Shown one piece after another: positions 11,642 through 21,900 of a DNA stretch of 64,000 bases; the first letter of the stretch is position 1; every line of letters starts with the position of its first letter. The notes under the pieces were generated by a model. That model saw only the letters and a list, made by a program, of their open reading frames with translations, searched no databases and had not been told where the DNA came from. The position numbers and the translations under genes were made by a program. Origin of the DNA: Rhynchopus sp. YZ270_cl-10 (lineage: Eukaryota); contig OZ037833.1 of the NCBI GenBank assembly GCA_964035575.1, positions 1,612,001 through 1,676,000 of the forward strand. The letters are read 5' to 3'.

Positions 11642-13225
11642 TCATTGCACGAAATCCCAGGAGTCCATGGAGCCGGTACTCTCCTCCGAGTCTGAGTCTG
11701 AGTCGGAGTCCTCGGTCTCTGTCTCCTCCTCCTTGTCGTCCTCCTCCTCCTTGCTCTTCACAGGCTGTGCAGGCTGTGCAGGCTGAATAGGCTTCACCGG
11801 ACACACGTCACCTTCGTCGCTGCTGTTGCACGCTGTAGACGACGTTGACCCGAGGGCAGAGGACGGGTCTTCCACAACGTGCCCTGTTGCGGTGTCAAGG
11901 AAGCGCACAGAGCCATCCTCCGAGGCCTCTTCAGTCCACTCACCACGGATCACCTTCATGATGGCACGGTACGAGAGGGAGGGGTCCAGCTCGGGGGACG
12001 GTGTCGCCTTCCTTGTGGTGTTGCATACACGTGGCCTGGCGTTCATCCGCAGTGGTGTCATGACGTCGGGGACAGGCAGGTTGGTGCGGTTGTCGATGTA
12101 CCGCACTCCTCCAGGGGTGCGCTGCTCCCGCCACTTCCCGCTGAGAACGTTGAGCAGCGCGGCGTTGGGCGACACAGCGGAGGGCTGTGCAGTGACCCTG
12201 GTCTGCAGAGGTGCCTTGGTTTGCTTCTGCATTGCGAGCTCGAGGGCCAGGTCTGCAACGTGCTTGCCGGTCCTGGTGTTTACGTACGATTTGCGGGTCA
12301 CCTCATGCCACTCCCCACGGATGAGCGACATAAGCACCTCTCTGTTGTCTGCAGGGACGAACGGAGGTGGTGGCACACCCCTCTTCGGTGCGGAGGGCGG
12401 TGGCGGTGCCTTGGACATCCTTGGCAGTGGCGGCGGCGGCGGGATGCCGTTCCCAACACGCATGGGCGGTGGGGGCACGGCAGTGTTGCGCGTTCCGCAC
12501 ACCTTGCGCCCCATCATGAGCGGCGGTGGTGGCGGCACACCCTTCCTCTTGACAGGCGGTGCAGGCGCCCGCTTCGTCGGCTTCAACGTCCAATCCTTCT
12601 GCGCCAATTCGCTCAACAGCGCACCGATGTCTGGGTGTGCAGACTTCCTCTTCACATGCCTCGCACGCTTCTCGCTCTTCATTGGCGCAACCTTGCCAAG
12701 ACTACCAACCGCCTGGCCTGTTTTGACACTGACGTACTGCAGCACACCGTTCGCGTCCTTGTACTCCTTCCACTCTTTGCGGATGACGTGCATCAGTGCG
12801 TCGCGCTCTGAGACAGTGCGGGGCTGCTTCTTCTTCTCCTCGCTGCGTGCGGGGCGTGTCCAGCGCATGAAGGCTGCAGGGTGCTTTGGCTCTGCCGCTG
12901 CATGCTGTACGTTGGGTGCAAGCTCCTCGATGACAGTGGTGACGGTGGTGTCTCCTGTGGCTGTGGTGTTCACCTCGCCACGTTCGTTCACGGTGAGGAC
13001 GGTGGTGCCGCCGTTGCTGCGCATAGTCGTGGTCGTGACGCGTGTCGCATTTCCATGTGCGTGCTTTGAAACCAGCGTTGTCTGCGGAGTATGCCCCTTC
13101 AGCTTCCACACCTTCTTCTTCGTCAGCGTGTTCTGGTAGAACGACTTAACCATCCACACCCCTTCCTCGTCCTCAACTGTCTTAGGGATCTTCGAGGTCT
13201 TCTTGTCGTCGAAGGAAAGCTCCAT
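11642..13225 (-). CDS. Proline-rich protein with repeated helix+WW-like units, a WH2-like motif and an acidic Trp-containing C-terminus (WASP/WAVE-like actin nucleation-promoting factor candidate)
   Basis: 527-aa ORF with several PPPPP tracts, the motif IGALLSELAQKDWTLKPT, and the tail EEEDDKEEETETEDSDSDSDSEE...DSWDFVQ. Confidence 0.75.
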   Translation of the reverse strand: MELSFDDKKTSKIPKTVEDEEGVWMVKSFYQNTLTKKKVWKLKGHTPQTTLVSKHAHGNATRVTTTTMRSNGGTTVLTVNERGEVNTTATGDTTVTTVIEELAPNVQHAAAEPKHPAAFMRWTRPARSEEKKKQPRTVSERDALMHVIRKEWKEYKDANGVLQYVSVKTGQAVGSLGKVAPMKSEKRARHVKRKSAHPDIGALLSELAQKDWTLKPTKRAPAPPVKRKGVPPPPPLMMGRKVCGTRNTAVPPPPMRVGNGIPPPPPLPRMSKAPPPPSAPKRGVPPPPFVPADNREVLMSLIRGEWHEVTRKSYVNTRTGKHVADLALELAMQKQTKAPLQTRVTAQPSAVSPNAALLNVLSGKWREQRTPGGVRYIDNRTNLPVPDVMTPLRMNARPRVCNTTRKATPSPELDPSLSYRAIMKVIRGEWTEEASEDGSVRFLDTATGHVVEDPSSALGSTSSTACNSSDEGDVCPVKPIQPAQPAQPVKSKEEEDDKEEETETEDSDSDSDSEESTGSMDSWDFVQ

Positions 13226-15412
13226 TTTAATGTGTTGTTAAAGTTTAAAGAGAGTTTCTAAGATGTGGTTTAAAGAGGTGCGAGAGAAGGAGAAACAAAG
13301 TGAAGTTGATAGTGCAAACGCCTCTGGGACGCAGGCACTGACAAACAAAGGTTGAAACGTGCTAAAATGCTCAGCCGAAGAAAAAGGTAAAAGTTTATCT
13401 TTGGATCAATTCGTTTGCATGATTTGCTCTTATTTTATTGGAAAGAATGGAGGAGGGAAAAGAGCAAGCGGGAAGTGGGTGGGAACACGAACAGGAGGGG
13501 AACCAAAACCTAAAAATATAACGCAAAAAATTCCCCCAAAAATTGTCGCGTATTTTTGTTTTTTTTTTTCATTTTTGTATTATCGTCTTTTCTGAGCACA
13601 TTGCAGTCCCTCAACCATACGGACGAAACTGCCACCTCAGCAAAGAAGAACTTTTTACCAAGAATGCATTCGCCCCCTCTGAGTCTGAAATGGGGGTGCG
13701 AAGACCCTGAAGCACTTCCCCTTCTCCCCCCCTCCACATAACGCCTCTTGGGTAAAAGCCGAAGACGCTGTGGGACGATCGTGAAGATACCTCTTGACGT
13801 TTCGCTACCTTGCTTGCAAACAAAGAGAAGTGGAAAGTGCAAACGCCTTACCGGACCAGCGGACGCAGGCACTGGCTCTCCGGGCTATCAAACCCCAAAA
13901 GGAATCTCCGGCACAGTGCCCACAACACCCCAACAAAGGCAGGGACACAGAAAACTACACACGCAGGTAGAACAAAGAAAAAGGTTTGTGAGATGATCCT
14001 AAGCGCAGTGACTTAGCCACCTGCAAAATACACATAACTGACTGAACGGATGCATGCAGAACATTACGCATCCGACGATGTCTCACGGTAGAGTCCGCAC
14101 AAAATGGGCGGACTCCATCGTGTTCAAAAAAGAAGAAGAAAAAAATGAACTTTTGATAATGCACAAATAGATCGCAGATGCCGAACCCATTCTGTGGGAT
14201 ATCGGACCCTGCAGTGTGCTGCACCTTGTAGAGCAGCTTATAATAGAGAAAAGTTGGTTCGCTGACCCTAAGTGCATGTGCATTTGGTTTGCTTCCCAAA
14301 AAAATAAAGCATCGTGGACAACAGGCACCGTCATGGAAAGAAAAAATTGACATGAAATACAAAGCCCCCTCGTGAACAGTGTACCAAAAATAAAGTGAAG
14401 CTGATGCGGAAGACTTCTTGTATGGCGTATGTATGGCACAAGTTGAACCCGTTGCGGTTCGTGTTGTACGGTACAATGTCCAACCAAAGAAAACTTGACA
14501 CTGCGTGTATGTGCTCCCGTGCACATCGAGTACGGGGAAAAAAAGGCTTGTGAGCTTTGTCGTAACCCTTGCTTGATTAGCCAGAATAACGAAGGACCCC
14601 ACAGTGCGGAATACTCTAAAAAGAGAAGGCCTATTGGTCTGGCCCTCTGGGTCTTTAGGTTTTCCGATTCCAGCGGCACACTAGCCTTCGCTAGTGAGCC
14701 CTCGTTTGGAGACACCAGTCAGGTCCGTAAGTCTAGGTCAACCAAAGATGCACACCCCACCGGAAGGCCAGACAAAGTGAAGCTGAAAATGCAAACGCCG
14801 AGGACAGCAAGGCATAAAATCGAGAGAGAAAAACAAAGTTGAAAGTGCAAACGTCTCACGGTGCATCGGCGGACGCAGGCACTGGGAAACAAAAAAAAAA
14901 AAACTCTAGACGAACGTGCCTCCGTAGGGCACATCTTCCGCAACGTAGTAAAAATGAATCAAATGAGTAAGGGGCGAAGGTGGGATCTTTTGTATCTGTG
15001 CGAACAGATGTCAAAAATAATAATAATGCAGCTGTATGTGCAAACACCTCTGCGGACGCAGGCACCAAAAAAGTGGGTTAAAAATGTTAATGTGCTCCCC
15101 CTCCCCGTCCCGTCCCCCCACACCGACACTCCCCATACCCCCAAGGTTTGTCACAGTCCGCATGTGATGTTATAAGATCGTGCACACAATGTTGTTGCTA
15201 AAGTCAACCACAAACGCAGGTTCAGTGCGGGTAAGGGGTATTTCGTGTTCACTGCTTTCTGATTTTCCCCTTCGCGGAATTTCTTGTCTTTCAATCTGCA
15301 AAAAAAATGGGATTTTTTTTGAAAAATTGATGTGCAGCAAACCTCAGAACCTGCGTGATCACCACACAAGTTTTGTGGTAGCAGAAACGCAATGTGCGTT
15401 CAGCAAGGGGCA

Positions 15413-15880
15413 CTAAGAGAGGCAATCATGGATTACGTTTTGCATTCTCTTGTAGTGTTTGCATACCTGTTTCACCTGCGAGGATATATCCTGCATATCC
15501 TTTTCCAGGGTTTTGTTCGCCTCTGCACTGAGGCGGAGCTGCTCCGTCAGGGATGTGATGCGTTCGTCGCGTGCACGGAGGTTCATTTGCAGGGTTGACA
15601 TGGCCTGTTTCATGTCGTCTGTGCAGGCCCCTGTCATTTGCGGGTCGGACTTGATGAGCTCGAGCTCCTTCTGGCGGCGCACCTCCATGTCGTAGAGCTG
15701 CTTGCTCTGCTGCGTCATGACCTGCTGCATCTTCTGCACCTTCACCTCCTTCTGCATGAGCTCGTCCTTTTGCGTCTTCAGCTGTGCCCAGCGACGCTCA
15801 TCGCCGCCCTGCGCGCCTTGGTTGTGCTCATCCCCCGAGCTGTGCAGCTCGCCCTGCATATGCAAAGGCCCATTACTCAT
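15413..15880 (-). CDS. Small coiled-coil protein (155 aa)
   Basis: Q/K/E/M-rich heptad ORF with the GC-rich codon style shared by neighbouring genes. Confidence 0.75.
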   Translation of the reverse strand: MSNGPLHMQGELHSSGDEHNQGAQGGDERRWAQLKTQKDELMQKEVKVQKMQQVMTQQSKQLYDMEVRRQKELELIKSDPQMTGACTDDMKQAMSTLQMNLRARDERITSLTEQLRLSAEANKTLEKDMQDISSQVKQVCKHYKRMQNVIHDCLS

Positions 15881-16318
15881 TGCACCTCGTAGTGCTCAGG
15901 CACGTGGTACGTATCCAACACACTGCAGGGTCGTACCTCGACTCGGTCACCTCCGGTCACTGACTCGCACCACACCAGTCAGATCCCCCCCCCTCCGGTG
16001 CGTGGGTGGGAACGCCAGCGCTGTCGTTGGTTATACAATGACTGCGCAGCGTCGTGTTTGTACTTCCTGCAAAGGGGTGTGGCTTTGGATGGAGAAGGGG
16101 AGGGGGAGAGGGGGAGGGAAAGAATATGTGGTGAAGCTTTCGTTGTGTCGTGTGTGTGGAGGGTCGAAGACGAAAACGGTCCCACAATACAATATAACTT
16201 TGTTCTAGAACAGTGGAGTGATATTCCCCACGATTTTGCTTTTTTTTTTTTTTTGAAAAGATGCGTTCCCCAGACCTGCCGTCCACGCAGACCTACGGGG
16301 GTTTCAGTCACCACACAT

Positions 16319-18416
16319 TTATTCTTCATTCAGGTAGTCGCCTGCGCTGCCTGTCTGCGCTTGCGCTAAGGCCCTCATCATTTCAAATGATATCTGCGAC
16401 GTGGTTTTCAGCCTGTTGCCCTGTATTGTGGTTTGCATTGTTGTTGCATACAATTGCCCGCGAGGCAGGTTCTGTACACAGTCGCCCGAAGGTTATTGTG
16501 CTTAAAAGATGTACGCAGATTGATACATAAATTCAACATACCACAAGACTCACGGCACTCTCATTGGCCAATGTCGGGAGGGGTGTTGCGCCGTGCGCGA
16601 TGAGGAGTTTCACCATTTGCAGGTCACCCTCCACCACGGCTGCATGAAGCAGCCTGTAACCGTGCCAGCCCCGCTTGCGTGTGTGCACCGAGCTCGCGAG
16701 CAGGGAGTCAGCATTGGCAACACCTGGCCCGAGGTCGAGGAGCACCTGCACTGTCAGGTAGTCCCTCGTCACCACAGCCCTGCTGAGGAGTGCTGATATA
16801 TCGCACCGCAGTGCTTTCACATGCACCCCCACGGCACCGTCCCCATCCCCTGGTGGTGCGAGCCTCTCCATCAGACCCTCATGCTCCAAGGCCGACACCA
16901 CAGTCAGGTTCGACATCACCTCACTGTACACATGCACAAACGCATTGCCTGGTAGTTCCCGTGGCACCCCCCCGCCGCGCCGCAGCACCACATTGAGGTG
17001 GTGCACCCGGGCCGCAACGACGGAGACGCTGTACACCGCACGGTAGTACTGCTGGTCCACCATGGTGCTGCTCCGCCGCGTGGCGGCAGCAGTGAGGTGT
17101 CCAAAAGGGGTGGGCTGCGGGGCCAGGTGTGCGAGGATGGCTGAAAGGAGGAGAATGTGGTGGCGGAGGACGAAGAGCTGCTGGAAGTAGATCATCTTGC
17201 GTGCACGGTCGCAGCGCTCCTCCTTGACGAGGACGATGCTCTTGAAGATGCGTGCAAGGCGGGTGAAGCCTCCCATTCTGTTGTACTCCGCCTCTATGAC
17301 ATCGCGGGTGGAACGGAAGGCAGCAATCTCGCTGTCCTGCACCAGCATCTCCCCCACCGCCACCTTCTCATGAAGCTTCGCACGAAATGCGTTGAGCAGG
17401 TCGTCCGGCGGCTGCGTCAACGTCAAGGTGTGTATCCACTCCTTCTTCCTGCGCTCCCTCTGCACCAAAGGCGAGGCATGAAGCCACTGCAACTCATCAC
17501 TATGCACCGGCGGTGCAAGAAAGGACGGCAGATACGTCGCCCACGACAGACACATCCCAAGCGACTGCTGCCTCCGCCCAAAAACGCTCTTCTTCATAAG
17601 AAACCCTTCGACAAAGATCTGCTCGCCTCTTGCAATGGGCTGCACCGCGTACAGGGTGACCTCCTGTGTCTCAGGCGAATAGCTGTACGCAGTCTGCCCT
17701 GCACGGATTTGGAAGAGCTCAAACCCGGGAACACACAGTGCGACAGACCTTCCACGGATGGACAGACTTCTGCTGTGGGTATCAACAAAGCGGAGAACAC
17801 GTCCCCACATCTCCTCTGATATGTCGTCCAGAAAGGCAGCCTGCGGCACCCCTGCAAGCTTTTTCAGTGTTTCCTTCCACGTATTCCTATTCGCCGCAAT
17901 GCCCTCTGCCGAAACCCGTTCCAATGGACTGTCCAAATTCACCTCCACCTCGGGGTCCTCCACAAGCCCAGTCTGCACCCAGGTGTGCCAGCTGGAGTTC
18001 TGTAGGGAGGAATGCGCGAGGAAGAGACGGAGCAGATCTGTTGCAGGGAGGTTGAGGGCACGGCGTGCGGAGATGACCTTCGCGGGGAGCAGGGTCTGCG
18101 CAGCATCTGTGGTGAGGAGGAGAGGCTCTGGGATGGTCAGCAGGGTGGTCCCTGGGCGGATATCGCGTGTTGCTAGCATGCCTGTTGTGGTGTCCGTTAG
18201 GTGTGCCGTGGTGAAGAGACGTGGCGCCACAGCATGGAACTTCGCCCCACCACGTTGCAGCCACCCCACGGTGGCCCTCTGCGCTGCAAGTGCCTCATTT
18301 GTGTCGTCTTCCCCCAATGCACGCATCACCTCCACCTCATCATGGACTAACACATCAGATAGACGAAACTCACCTGCTAAGTTGGCCAACGCAGCAATGC
18401 AAAGCAATGTGTACAT
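16319..18416 (-). CDS. SET-domain (Rubisco-LSMT/SETD3-like, degenerate) + ankyrin-repeat protein with N-terminal signal-like peptide; intron 16421-16541
   Basis: SET halves GMLATRDIRPGTTLLTIP and AVQPIARGEQIF; ankyrin motif LLHAAVVEGDLQMVKLLIAHGA; start MYTLLCIAALANLAG. A GTATGT...ACAG intron restores an in-frame last exon ending ...DYLNEE*. Confidence 0.75.
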
Positions 18417-18984
18417 TCTTCTGAGAGGAGAGGTGGCAAGAGAGGGGGTGCGAAGAAGGGTGTGAAGTGACAGGGTGGAAGGGGAGGGTCGACTGGACAG
18501 CGTCTGTTTACTCAAAAAAAGGGGGATGTCTTTCTTTTTTTTGTTTCGAATTCTAAAATGCATTTGCAAAAGTGTTGATTTGGTTGGGAACCCTACCGAC
18601 AGGAAGCTCAGTTGATATGTTAAAGAGGTTTATTGTTGGTTCTTTACAACAATGGCTGCTAACACATCTTCAAAAAAGAAGAAACATTGATAACACTTGA
18701 TTATAAGCCTCTGCTTCAGTCACCATAAAAAGGTTCAAAATTCAAACACATAATGAACACAATGTACGCAATAAAGGCAAAAATTCCCTTGAACCAAAAG
18801 GTAAATGAGTTAGGTCGATGGGGATGGGGAATGGGTATTATACTGGTTTAATCACTGAACGCACGCACAGTCAAAACAGAACGTAAAAACAAAACGGCCA
18901 ATCCAAGGCTTCCAAGGGATCTGCTTCAAGACCCCCAACTTACTACTGCAAGATGTAAATCTCACAATATACACACCCCTTTTT

Positions 18985-21900
18985 TTAACGCGGCGGCGGC
19001 GGCGGCACCTTACCCCCTTGGTACATGCCTTGTTGCGGGAGACTCCGTGCTGTGCTTGCACCTGAAGGGTGACCTAATGGGGGACCACCACCCGCCTTAC
19101 GCGGATTCGAGAACGTAGAGGCATACGAGTTGTCTTCGTTGATCCTACGGGAGACCATTTGGCCTGTATGTGGACGTGGCAGCATGGGTCTGCTTGCTGC
19201 TTTTGGAGGCGACTCAACCCACTGCTCTGCCACTGGCGCACCCCACTGCAGCACTGGTGGATGTGGCATCACATGCGGTGTGATGTCCCGGAGCATCTCC
19301 GACTCTCGCACCGAATCCCGCAATCCCTTATACGACAGCGACATCGACTCGCTTTTGTCAAACGGTGCTGACGACTCTGCTGTAGGCGACTTTACAACCG
19401 CCCTCGGTCTGTCCACAGGGTATTGTTGTGCAGGGATGGCCGGGAGCGGGTCGTTCTCCTGCTGGTTGGCAATGAAGCCGAGTGGCTTGGGGACCAGCGC
19501 AGCGTTGCGGGCAGATGGCTTGGGTGACTCCTTCCCTTTCTCCATCTCCTTCTCCTTCTCCTTTTCTTTCTCCTGCTCGAGGGAGAAGACTCTGTCCTTC
19601 AGCTCTTCGTTCTCGAGAACAAGCTTCTCAAGGTAGGCGCGCGCCAGATCGGTGTCATCGATGCCCATGGTGTCGTGGGTGAGCAGGTCCTCGTAGGTCT
19701 TGAGAGACGTCTTGCGGCGTTGAGCCTTCTCGCGGATGATGTCCAGCTCCTGGTCAAGGGTGTACTTTGCCCGCAAGCCTTCGAAGATGGGGCGTCCCGC
19801 TGCCTCCTCCATGCTCTCGATCTCTGCATGGTACGCCTCAAAGCGGTATGCCACGCGTATGTTCGAAAGATGTGTCTTGATCGGGTCGTTCCCTGCAGAG
19901 CTCGAGAGCAGATAGTCGTGCCCCACCAAATTGCTCTTCACGTTCACAGGAAAGCCACACTGGATGACGCTGTTCCGTGCAATCTCACACATATCGTTCG
20001 CGTTGAACTTCCACACCTTGCTCGCAATGGAATACTCCTCGATGAGCGGCTCCTGCGTGTAGTGGAACTGCAACGGGTCGTCCGTCGACAGCGACACATT
20101 CAACCCACGTCTGAAAAACAGCGGAAACGGGTTTTTCAGGATATCCAAAAACAAACTGTTGTTCGACAGTGGCGACACGGCGATGCCCATCTGCGACAGG
20201 TAGTACAAATACTCCAGCGCAGGGTCTCTCCGCAGGTTCACGCCGTGGTTGATTTGGTCTGCAGTCAAATGTGCATGGATGAGATGGTCGGGAGAGCCAG
20301 ACTCGCCGCAGTGAGGGCGGAACTGAAAGGTCGAGAGCCCACGCGACTTCCTAAAGGTGTTGAGCGAACGGATGTTGGCCCACATGAAGTACATCCAGTA
20401 GCCGTAGGGCGGGTTGTCGTGCGACGTCCACTCTGTTGGGTACGTTGTGTGGGGGAACGCTAAGTCCGGTTGGCTCTCGTTGTCAACAGAATCGAATCCG
20501 GACATATGCTTGAGGAAGTGGTGCAGCTTTGCGTCTGACGCAGGGTTGATGGAGACCTTCCACAACGGCTCGAATACGTTCGTCAACAACTGCTGGAACG
20601 ACGACACGGTGGAGTGCTGTCGGAACACAGAGTAAATACGCGGGATTTGCACCATCCACGTGTTGTGAAGGTTCGCCATCCCGTGGGTGTCGAACCACGT
20701 TGCAAGCTTTGCCCACTCACCAATGGAACGGCCGTAGATGGAGAGGCGCATCTCTGCGTAGGTGTACTCGTCGCGTGCAAACTGTGCGAACGTCATCTTG
20801 GCGATCTCTGCGAAGTAGCGCCCACCCATGTAGTTGTCGGTCTTGAGGAGAAGGTTGCGGAGGTCTGGGTTCCCCATGGGGTTGTATTTGTTGTTGAAGT
20901 TGTCGAAGCGTTCGAAGAGGGTGGCATCCGCCTGCACGTTGAGGGTGTGCACCGTCAGGTTCTCGGCGCAGATGCCCATGCCAGAGAGGAGCTGCTTGAG
21001 TGTGACGGGGTTCTTGTTCTCGTCCACCTTGACGATGTCGTCCAGCCCGCTCACGGCCTTCTTCAAGATGAACTCCAGCAGCTGGCGTGCCGTCATGCCT
21101 GCCGCTGCGTGGATGTGAGTGTCCACCTTTGCTGCTTGGTAGAAATCTCGCGACTGCCCGCCCTCCTCGGTCTGGTTCTCGAGCTGCATGTTGAGTGCCA
21201 TATGGAGAGCAAACTTATGTTCCAAGACTTGAAGGCGTCTGTGGCAGAGGCCCTTCACATAGATGTTCTCGACCACATCGTGCACAGTGTTGAAGTCCCG
21301 CCAGTAGGTTTCCAGGCTGCGCATATCCTGTGGCTCGAAGACGTCTGTCTTCTCTGCCTTCTTCTTGTACATGTAAACACCCTGCTTGGGGATGAATTCC
21401 CAGTCGTGCGCTACTTTGAACTCATTTTCTTTAGAATCTTTTGAGTGGCTCAGGTCCAAGAAGCTGTCCAGCTCAGGACGGAGGTCGATGTACTTGAGGC
21501 GGAGAGCAGTCGCATCTGCGAGCATGGTGGCGGCATTGGAGTGTGCCTTGAGCGCGTCTTCGTCGGCCACCTCACGCAACGGTGCAATGATGTCCACACG
21601 TGGGAACACAATTGTGCTTTCGAAGGAAGACTTCGACCCCACCTGCGATGTGACCGACATCGAACGCTGTGACGGGTGGCGCGACAGTGTCGCAGAGGGC
21701 TTGCGCGATTCGGGTGGCGGGCACTGCTGCTCCCCAAAGAGGAACTCCTTCAACACCGCCCGCTCGTGCGCGAGTGTGTCGCTGCGGTAGTGCAGACGTA
21801 CGTCGGGCACGTAGGAGCGCGATGCATCGTTGCCTTCGGCCTGCTTCTCTATGTTGTAGTCAACCCCAAGCCAGTCCTGCTTCAGCTCATGCGAGAAGCC

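Noticed and set aside
13955..14715. Overlapping 215- and 210-aa minus-strand ORFs
   Set aside because: No recognisable motifs, atypical composition, and they run through hairpin repeats and poly-T; probably non-coding.
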